This document shows positions 45,459 to 52,921 of a stretch of 52,921 bases of DNA, one piece after another. A program made the translations under genes and the position numbers. The notes beneath the pieces are model-generated. The model had not been told where the DNA came from and ran no database searches. It was given only the letters and a program-made list of their open reading frames with translations. Origin of the DNA: Erysipelotrichaceae bacterium (lineage in GTDB: Bacteria; Bacillota_I; Bacilli_A; RFN20; CAG-826); contig JAAYSA010000005.1 in the NCBI GenBank assembly GCA_012518455.1, positions 1-52,921 of the forward strand, written 5' to 3'. Within the stretch, counting starts at the first letter, position 1, and every line of letters starts with the position of its first letter.

Positions 45459-46043
45459 ATGATGAAAACTTTTGTCCTTGCAACAGAAAATGAAAATAAA
45501 GTTAGTGAGTTTAGACTCGCACTTAAAGATACACCTTTTAAGATAAAAAGTCTAAAAGACCTTGGTCTATCTCTTGATGTTGAAGAAGTTGGAACTACTT
45601 TTGAAGAAAACGCAATTTTAAAAGCTAAATACATTTCAAAATTTACCAAATATCCTGTAATAGCTGATGATTCAGGTCTTGAACTTAGGGCACTTAATGG
45701 CTTCCCTGGTATTAATTCTCACCGCTTTATGGAAGGTTCAACTTATGAAGAAAAAGGGGCTGCCTTAAATGAAATGCTTGCACCATATTCTGACAAAGGT
45801 GCTCGATTTGTCTGTGCAATTGCACTAGTTGGCTTGAATCAATTTCCCGACGTTTTTGTTGGTCAAGTTAAAGGGAAACTTATTGAAGATGCTACTGGCG
45901 AGGGTGGCTTTGGTTATGATCCCTTCTTCTATATTCCTGAAAAAGGTAAAACAATGGCCGAATTATCACCAGAAGAAAAAAATAACCTTTCTCACCGTGC
46001 TGAAGCGATTAAAAGGTTCAAAGAGTTTTTAGAAAATTTGTAG
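45459..46043 (+). CDS. rdgB: Non-canonical purine NTP pyrophosphatase (dITP/XTP), RdgB/HAM1 family
   Basis: 194 aa with ATEN..K..E, DDSGLE and GFGYDPFF...SHR motifs. Confidence 0.9.
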   Translation: MMKTFVLATENENKVSEFRLALKDTPFKIKSLKDLGLSLDVEEVGTTFEENAILKAKYISKFTKYPVIADDSGLELRALNGFPGINSHRFMEGSTYEEKGAALNEMLAPYSDKGARFVCAIALVGLNQFPDVFVGQVKGKLIEDATGEGGFGYDPFFYIPEKGKTMAELSPEEKNNLSHRAEAIKRFKEFLENL

Positions 46044-46047
46044 TAAG

Positions 46048-46458
46048 TTAAAAATTAAAAAAATCTTTATCGTCTAGGATTTTCTTAACTAATCCTTCAT
46101 CAGCAGGTAAAAAAGGTAAGGTCTTAATGACTTCAAGCGGGTAAAAACCCGCTTTTTTATGTACATTTACTTTAAAATCAGAAGTAGCCCTACACTTAAA
46201 AACCTTCATATTAAGTATAAATGGAGGATATTCAAAAACGACTACATCATAATATCTAATATCTTTAATACTAATTTCGAGTTCTTCTTTAAGTTCGCGA
46301 CGAAGAGCATCTTCTTCTGATTCACCAACTTCAATTTTTCCGCCTGGAAACTCCCATTTTCCAAGACGAACATCTTCTTCACTTCTCATCGCCGCAAAAA
46401 GAAGCTCATCTTTTACGATGAGAGCAGCAACAACATTTTGAATAGGTTTATTATTCAT
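46048..46458 (-). CDS. NUDIX hydrolase, MutT-like
   Basis: 136 aa with the Nudix box GKWEFPGGKIEVGESEEDALRRELKEELEI. Confidence 0.85.
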   Translation of the reverse strand: MNNKPIQNVVAALIVKDELLFAAMRSEEDVRLGKWEFPGGKIEVGESEEDALRRELKEELEISIKDIRYYDVVVFEYPPFILNMKVFKCRATSDFKVNVHKKAGFYPLEVIKTLPFLPADEGLVKKILDDKDFFNF

Positions 46459-46467
46459 ATAAATAAT

Positions 46468-46614
46468 TTATAACAAAGAAAGTAGTCTAATCCCTGATAA
46501 TACTTCTTCTTGTTCTGTGTTCTTTTTTGTAAAAAGAAGAATAACATAAAAAATTACTAATAATAAGAATAATAGGGCAATATATGTTCGAACATCTTTT
46601 AAGATTTTTTTCAT
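46468..46614 (-). CDS. Possible 48-aa single-TM protein
   Basis: My translation is MKKILKDVRTYIALLFLLLVIFYVILLFTKKNTEQEEVLSGIRLLSLL. A GAAGG RBS lies upstream and the ORF ends 9 nt before the NUDIX start. It competes with the less protein-like 64-aa track ORF at 46487-46681 in another frame. Confidence 0.3.
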   Translation of the reverse strand: MKKILKDVRTYIALLFLLLVIFYVILLFTKKNTEQEEVLSGIRLLSLL

Positions 46615-46772
46615 TACTACCTTCTTTCGTTAATATTATATCACTACTAAAACGAAAAATAGGTAAAAACTCTAATCTCATTCGGTAAAAAGTTAACGAA
46701 TTAACAAAAAATTATGCTTTTATTACACAAAACAAACTTAAAGGTTGTATAATGATAACGGCTATTATTTAA

Positions 46773-48089
<1,317 letters not shown>

Positions 48090-48110
48090 TTAGTCATAAC
48101 AATCAATTAA

Positions 48111-48141
48111 AATACCCGTGCCAAACACGGGTATTTTTTAC
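48111..48141. terminator. Bidirectional terminator between eno and the convergent NUDIX gene
   Basis: AATACCCGTG (48111-48120), loop CCAAA, CACGGGTATT (48126-48135), followed by TTTT. Confidence 0.85.
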
Positions 48142-48157
48142 ATTTTTTGTTCTTTTG

Positions 48158-48577
48158 CTAAAAATGTAATTTACTTGGTTTTGAAAGCATTAACTCTAAA
48201 ACCTTATCAAAATCTGTTGAAAAAGGGTGTTGATTAACTTCACTAACTTTTACAAAAAAGACAGGACCTTCAGGTGATGACTCTAATTTTCCATGATAAT
48301 TTTTAGTTCGATAGAGTAGGGCAATATCATATTCATTTTTTTCATCATTACACCAAACAAACTCATCGACAAATTCGACATCACTTATTGTTAAGCCGGT
48401 TTCTTCTTTGACTTCACGCTTTACGGCGTTAAGGGGATCTTCGCCATCTTCGATATGACCACCTGGAAAAGTTAAACCAGGCCAATCACCTTTTAATCGT
48501 AATTCGACGAGAATTTCACCATTTTCGTTATAGACCATACACATATTTGTATATACTTTTCGATAATCTTTTTTCAT
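48158..48577 (-). CDS. NUDIX hydrolase
   Basis: 139 aa with the Nudix box GGHIEDGEDPLNAVKREVKEETGL. Confidence 0.85.
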   Translation of the reverse strand: MKKDYRKVYTNMCMVYNENGEILVELRLKGDWPGLTFPGGHIEDGEDPLNAVKREVKEETGLTISDVEFVDEFVWCNDEKNEYDIALLYRTKNYHGKLESSPEGPVFFVKVSEVNQHPFSTDFDKVLELMLSKPSKLHF

Positions 48578-48644
48578 TTCTGTACCTAGCGTTATAATAT
48601 CATATTTTTCTGAATTTATACTTTATAACTTTAGCATTATGAAT

Positions 48645-48650
48645 TATAAT
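48645..48650 (+). promoter_or_regulatory. TATAAT -10 box positioned 6 nt before an in-frame ATG (leaderless-type start)
   Basis: TATAAT at 48645-48650, then GCTAAT, then the ATG at 48657. There is no SD sequence before either 48639 or 48657. Confidence 0.4.
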
Positions 48651-48656
48651 GCTAAT

Positions 48657-49421
48657 ATGAATTACACTTTGCAAGAAATTTTAATCTTCATATTTGGTTT
48701 CTTAGGCACAATTGTCATTGGAGAAATCCTATACTATTTTCTAGCTGATAAATCACTTAAAACTAGAACAATTCCTTTAAAAGTAATTACTGTAATAATT
48801 GTTGTACTTGAAATTATAAAACAAATTAGAGAATTAGTTGTCGGCTATAACTTGTTTGCAATCCCACTTCATTTTTGTTCACTTTTTGTGTTTCTCTATC
48901 CTTTAGCTTGCTTTTCAAAAGGACGCTTTAAAGGATATGCACAAACCACTGCTACAATATTTTCCTTAATGGTTGGAATTGCTTATATTTTCAATCCTAA
49001 ACTAATAATTCAAGATGCTGGTCAAACCTTCTTTAGCCGTTTTGGATCATTTCATACTGTTGTTTTTCACATGTTAGTTTATGCCTATGCTGTTTTTTCA
49101 CTTTTCTTAAATGTATATGAAGCAAAAATTGGTAGAGACATGTTAGTAGTCTGTGTATCAATTAGTATTTATTGGGTAATCGCAATCGTTGCTTCATACT
49201 CAATTGGAGTTAACTTTAATAATGTACTTAAAAGTGGATTCCCTCCTTTTGAAACCTTTAGGCAGACTTATGGTAATTTACCTTATTTAATCTTAATTAT
49301 TCCGTTATTTATCATGTATGGTCTTGCAAATGTTTATTTGTATCACCTGTTAAATGGTTTAGTAAATAAGCGATTTTATGCTAAAAAAAGAAGCAACAAA
49401 AAAGAAGAGGCTAGTTATTAA
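48657..49421 (+). CDS. Polytopic membrane protein, unknown function
   Basis: About 7 TM helices. The track ORF starts at 48639; 48657 is preferred because of the promoter geometry. A terminator overlaps the 3' end. Confidence 0.62.
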   Translation: MNYTLQEILIFIFGFLGTIVIGEILYYFLADKSLKTRTIPLKVITVIIVVLEIIKQIRELVVGYNLFAIPLHFCSLFVFLYPLACFSKGRFKGYAQTTATIFSLMVGIAYIFNPKLIIQDAGQTFFSRFGSFHTVVFHMLVYAYAVFSLFLNVYEAKIGRDMLVVCVSISIYWVIAIVASYSIGVNFNNVLKSGFPPFETFRQTYGNLPYLILIIPLFIMYGLANVYLYHLLNGLVNKRFYAKKRSNKKEEASY

Positions 49422-49438
49422 AGCCTCTTCTTTTTTTA
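49403..49438. terminator. Bidirectional terminator between convergent membrane-protein genes
   Basis: AGAAGAGGCT (49403-49412) pairs with AGCCTCTTCT (49422-49431), followed by TTTTTT. Confidence 0.8.
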
Positions 49439-49442
49439 TTAA

Positions 49443-49652
49443 TTATTCTTGAAGAATAAACTTCTTTTGAAATTCCTCTTCCGAACTACATAAAGCCATT
49501 ATTCCTAATACGATACCTATAATAGAAGGCACAAATGTCCAAGAGAAAAGGATTGATAAAATGCCATATCCGTTCTTGCCGGCATAGAAAAAATGAACAC
49601 CAACTCCACCTAGTAAAATAGCTAATATTCCGTAAGTCTTTTTAATTTTCAT
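49443..49652 (-). CDS. TM2-domain small membrane protein
   Basis: GGVGVHFFYAGKNGYGILSILFSW matches the TM2 domain pattern. The ATG at 49652 has an AAGGGG RBS; the track ORF begins at the GTG at 49661. Confidence 0.7.
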   Translation of the reverse strand: MKIKKTYGILAILLGGVGVHFFYAGKNGYGILSILFSWTFVPSIIGIVLGIMALCSSEEEFQKKFILQE

Positions 49653-49679
49653 ATTAATCACCCCTTAAAATAATATCAT

Positions 49680-50990
49680 TTATGTCAATTTAAAGCGCAT
49701 TTTGACAGGGTTATGGTCACTATAAATAAAACCAAATCCAGCTCCAGGAGCACCACTTTCAAGTGTTTCTTCAACCTCGTTATGACCACCACTTCCAATG
49801 GTAACAGTCTCAATTACTTCAATGTTGTCACTTACCAAGAATCCATCAATACTAACAACGAAGTTATCAAGAATTCCGTTATTGTTTAAATCTCCGTAAG
49901 GTACTGATGCATCTCGACAAGTCGGAATATTAACACCAGTAAATGCTTTAATATGATCTTCGACAACAAAATCTTTTTCACCATCAGCACTTAAATTTCC
50001 ACCTAAACGGAAATAGTTATACCAACTTGCTTTAGTTCCATCAATCTCATAATTATCCCACCAAGGAATTGTGTTTATATCATAAAGAGGGTTATCAACT
50101 ACTAAATCATGATTAAAATCGCCTCCAACAACTACATAGTTTTGAACTCCATTCCAATCCAATGTATCTTTTATGTCAGCTTTAAGTTTTTTCATTTGAC
50201 CACTTCTTATTTCCCCAGTTGCATCATATGCAGATAAGTGAACATTATAAATAAATAACTTTTTGCTACTTCCCTCAATTTTAAATTCGTGCTTACTATA
50301 GCAACGATCTAAATCAAAAAGCTTGCTAAATCCAGTTGAAATTGGCAATTCTTCTCTCTTTGCACTTTCAATTTTATAACGAGAAAAAGTCGCAACAGCA
50401 GATTTAGAAGCGCCAATTGGATCATTAAAAGGATAAGCTAAATAAGCGGAATCATAATTTATCGCACGCGTATAACTATAAGAAGGGTGAGTTAAAATTG
50501 CTTCCTCAAATTGATTGATTTTATATGCCCGATGCGATCTAATGTCAACTTCTTGATAGAGTGCAAAATCAACCAATGGATTATTTTCTTCGTCCACTTG
50601 TTTTTTTATCATCTCAAAAGCACCTTTTGTATTTTTGATTGTGTCTTCCTTACTTAGACCTTTTGCGTAAATTCCTTTGGTTGTTTTACTTTTATTTACA
50701 CTAATAAACTCTTCCTTATATTCACCTTCATCCATGAAGAAACTATATGGTCGCGAATATGCACCAAAGCCAATATTGAATGTAGTAATCGTAAACTCTT
50801 TTGTTCCAATATCATTAAGATTTATAGCTATAGCACTTTGTTGATTGACCTCAATTTCTCTTGTTCCTACTCTTTTATAGGATAAAAGTACATAAGCAAC
50901 ATAGAACTCTAGCGTAAACATTACTAACGCAAACAAAGAAGCTAAAATACCTAAAATAATAAAAACTTGTTTTGATGGTCTTTTTTTCAT
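49680..50990 (-). CDS. Membrane-anchored endonuclease/exonuclease/phosphatase (EEP) family protein
   Basis: 436 aa with an N-terminal TM anchor. It has GGDFNHD and a C-terminal SDHNPV, hallmark EEP catalytic motifs. Confidence 0.8.
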   Translation of the reverse strand: MKKRPSKQVFIILGILASLFALVMFTLEFYVAYVLLSYKRVGTREIEVNQQSAIAINLNDIGTKEFTITTFNIGFGAYSRPYSFFMDEGEYKEEFISVNKSKTTKGIYAKGLSKEDTIKNTKGAFEMIKKQVDEENNPLVDFALYQEVDIRSHRAYKINQFEEAILTHPSYSYTRAINYDSAYLAYPFNDPIGASKSAVATFSRYKIESAKREELPISTGFSKLFDLDRCYSKHEFKIEGSSKKLFIYNVHLSAYDATGEIRSGQMKKLKADIKDTLDWNGVQNYVVVGGDFNHDLVVDNPLYDINTIPWWDNYEIDGTKASWYNYFRLGGNLSADGEKDFVVEDHIKAFTGVNIPTCRDASVPYGDLNNNGILDNFVVSIDGFLVSDNIEVIETVTIGSGGHNEVEETLESGAPGAGFGFIYSDHNPVKMRFKLT

Positions 50991-51051
50991 AATATCGTTA
51001 TCCTTTTGCCTTTAGTATAACACGATTTTATATTGTAATTTCACTATACAA

Positions 51052-51079
51052 ACAAAAAAAGTTAGACTTCAATCTAACT
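51052..51079 (-). terminator. Terminator after the tRNA-Asp/tRNA-Phe pair
   Basis: AGTTAGA (51060-66) pairs with TCTAACT (51073-79). The plus-strand A-run at 51054-60 gives a U-tail on the minus transcript. Confidence 0.75.
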
Positions 51080-51083
51080 TTGA

Positions 51084-51159
51084 TGGTGGCCCAGACCAGA
51101 CTTGAACTGGTGACGCATGGATTTTCAGTCCAACGCTCTACCACCTGAGCTACCGGGCC
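51084..51159 (-). tRNA. tRNA-Phe (anticodon GAA), CCA encoded
   Basis: The reverse complement GGCCCGGTAGCTCAGGTGGTAGAGCGTTGGACTGAAAATCC...GGGCCACCA folds as a cloverleaf with anticodon loop CTGAAAA. Total 76 nt. Confidence 0.93.
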
Positions 51160-51162
51160 TAC

Positions 51163-51238
51163 TGGCGGACCAGACGGGAATCGAACCCGCGATCTTCTCC
51201 GTGACAGGGAGACATGTTAACCGCTACACCACTGGTCC
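51163..51238 (-). tRNA. tRNA-Asp (anticodon GUC), CCA encoded
   Basis: The reverse complement is GGACCAGTGGTGTAGCGGTTAACATGTCTCCCTGTCACGGAGAAGATCGCGGGTTCGATTCCCGTCTGGTCCGCCA. The anticodon arm is TCTCC-CTGTCAC-GGAGA. Total 76 nt. Confidence 0.93.
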
Positions 51239-51312
51239 AAGTTGCTACAATATTATTACAATTCTATAAACAAAAAGCAAGTGAAAGTTAATTAATTTAA
51301 TAAAATCATATA

Positions 51313-51337
51313 AATCCCCCTATTATATAGGGGGATT
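51313..51337 (-). terminator. Hairpin terminator after rubrerythrin
   Basis: A perfect 10-bp stem, AATCCCCCTA / TAGGGGGATT, with a 5-nt loop. The U-tail on the minus transcript is only moderate. Confidence 0.6.
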
Positions 51338-51366
51338 AATGACTTCTACCGATGTAAAACAGTATT

Positions 51367-51924
51367 TTAGTAGTTGGTAGCTCTTAATTCAAAGTATGCT
51401 TGAGCATGGCTACAAACTGGACAAATGTCAGGTGCCTTTTTAGCAACTTCAATACGTCCACAAACACGACATTTCCAAACAACAACATCATCTTTTGCAA
51501 AAACAACACCTTTTTTGTAATTATCAGCTAATTTTAAGAAACGTTCTTCGTGATGTTTTTCAATTTCACCAACTAAACGGAATTTAGCAGCTATTTCTGG
51601 GAAACCTTCTTCATCTGCTTCTTTGGCCATTCTTTTGTACATTTCTGTCCATTCGTAGTTTTCACCTTCAGCCGCATCAAATAAAGCATCAGGTAATTTT
51701 CCTTTAATACCACCATTTAGGTATTTAAACCACAATTCAGCATGTTCTTTTTCATTTTCTGCTGTTTCTAAAAATAAAGCGGCAATTTGTTCATAACCTG
51801 CTTTTTTAGCGACACTTGCGTAATATGTATATTTATTACGTGCCATACTTTCGCCAGCAAAAGCTTCGTTAAGATTTTTTTCAGTTTTTGTGCCTTTTAA
51901 GCGTGCATAATCTTTTTCGTTCAT
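51367..51924 (-). CDS. rbr: Rubrerythrin
   Basis: 185 aa with diiron four-helix-bundle E..E..H motifs ([21 protein letters not shown]). A C-terminal rubredoxin-like CRVCG...CPVC follows. Confidence 0.93.
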   Translation of the reverse strand: MNEKDYARLKGTKTEKNLNEAFAGESMARNKYTYYASVAKKAGYEQIAALFLETAENEKEHAELWFKYLNGGIKGKLPDALFDAAEGENYEWTEMYKRMAKEADEEGFPEIAAKFRLVGEIEKHHEERFLKLADNYKKGVVFAKDDVVVWKCRVCGRIEVAKKAPDICPVCSHAQAYFELRATNY

Positions 51925-52074
51925 TATTATCTTCTCCTTTTTAAATTATACATGTTTAATATAACACATTAACCTTATTTTTTTAATAAAAAGGTATACT
52001 TTTTAATGAATTTTTACTATAGTAATATCTAGTTGATTATTTTAAAATTAATGAACGCAATTTAAGGAGAAACT

Positions 52075-52921
52075 ATGAAAAAGAAAACATTATTTCTACT
52101 AGCATCGATTTTAACAATGTCACTTTTTAAAGTGCAGAACACTTTTAAAAATGAAATTGTTGAAGAACCAATTGTTGTAGAAGCGGCTCAACATGCTGCA
52201 AACTTTGATCTTTATACCTATACAGGTACTTATTACAATTCAATTACTGCTACTGGAGAAGGATTAAACGGATCACTAAGAAATGCACTTACTGATTATA
52301 TCCTTCCAAAGGCCTGGCCAACTTATTCTGGTACAAGTTCATCAAACTGTTTAGCGTTCTTACTTCAAGAAGCCGATGAAAATCCAGAAAATAGTAGCCA
52401 AATGATTTACTTATATACTCGTGATTCCGTAAATAAAAATGCTGCAAGTAGTTGGAATAGAGAACACGTTTGGCCTCAATCATTATCCAATAATAACTGG
52501 GGTAAAAGTAAAGCAGGTACAGACCTACTTCACATTCGTCCAACATATTCAACAACAAACTCCACTAGAGGCAATTTAAAATTTGGTGAAGTTTCTGGTG
52601 GAACCCAAAGAACATATAATGGAATGCCTTATGGAGAAACTTCAAGTACTTTATTTGAACCATTACCGTCAGTTAAAGGTGATGTAGCTCGTATTATTAT
52701 GTACACCTGGGTTGCTTATAAAGATTATTATAGTAATCTACCTGCTGTTACTAATGTTTTTGAATCTTATAATACACTTTTAACATGGCATACAGAAGAT
52801 AAGCCCGATGTTATGGAGGGATATCGTAATGATTTTTCCGAAACATCGCTTCAAAAAAATCGTAACCCCTTTGTTGATCGTCCCGAAATGGCATGGCAAA
52901 TTTTTGGAGACAGCGCTTCAC
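52075..52921 (+). CDS. Secreted Endonuclease I-family nuclease (3' end outside the window)
   Basis: Not in the ORF track because it is open at the window end. An AAGGAGA RBS precedes the ATG at 52075. My translation gives a signal peptide, MKKKTLFLLASILTMSLF, then WNREHVWPQS, DLLHIRP..TN..RGN and KNRNPFVDRPE, the hallmarks of Endonuclease I / extracellular nuclease. Confidence 0.8.
   Translation, partial: MKKKTLFLLASILTMSLFKVQNTFKNEIVEEPIVVEAAQHAANFDLYTYTGTYYNSITATGEGLNGSLRNALTDYILPKAWPTYSGTSSSNCLAFLLQEADENPENSSQMIYLYTRDSVNKNAASSWNREHVWPQSLSNNNWGKSKAGTDLLHIRPTYSTTNSTRGNLKFGEVSGGTQRTYNGMPYGETSSTLFEPLPSVKGDVARIIMYTWVAYKDYYSNLPAVTNVFESYNTLLTWHTEDKPDVMEGYRNDFSETSLQKNRNPFVDRPEMAWQIFGDSAS

Noticed and set aside
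52289-52558. An 89-aa minus-strand track ORF.
   Set aside because: It lies antisense inside the unlisted plus-strand Endonuclease I-family ORF (52075 to the window end), which has an RBS, a signal peptide and three family motifs.

Overview
The window is a 52.9-kb chromosomal segment from a low-GC Firmicutes/Mollicutes-type bacterium that uses the standard genetic code. TGA acts as a stop (for example at the end of priA) and Trp is TGG, so it is not Mycoplasma or Spiroplasma; Acholeplasma- or Erysipelotrichia-like is my guess. Most of it is densely packed housekeeping DNA. This includes a glycogen operon (glgC-glgD-glgA) and a block syntenic with the Bacillus subtilis ylo region (gmk, priA, rsmB-like, rlmN, prpC, prkC, rsgA, rpe, rpmB). 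It also includes rqcH, trmL, ppa, addB-addA, glpK, an Xaa-Pro peptidase, trxA, eno, rdgB, two NUDIX genes, rubrerythrin, tRNA-Gly, tRNA-Phe and tRNA-Asp, and two nuclease genes that look exported or membrane-anchored. Two loci look accessory. The first (5994-11445) is a translationally coupled three-gene SMC-type module with JetA/JetB/JetC (MksF/E/B) sizes, order and ATPase motifs. It has no JetD/MksG Toprim nuclease on either side, ends in a strong terminator, and is visibly GC-richer than its neighbours. This is my top candidate for an unusual system. The second (40658-44070) is a very AT-rich operon next to tRNA-Gly. It encodes a MATE-type exporter, a P-loop/nucleotidyltransferase fusion and a DEDDh-like exonuclease, and is preceded by a 12-codon mini-ORF whose stop sits inside a strong terminator hairpin. 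Smaller observations include an RsmB homologue that has lost both catalytic cysteines and the SAM loop, an uncharacterised gene coupled to addBA, three TATAAT-N6-ATG leaderless-type starts, and a probable frameshift in a flavodoxin-like gene. All calls come from reading motifs and synteny by eye. No database search was run.
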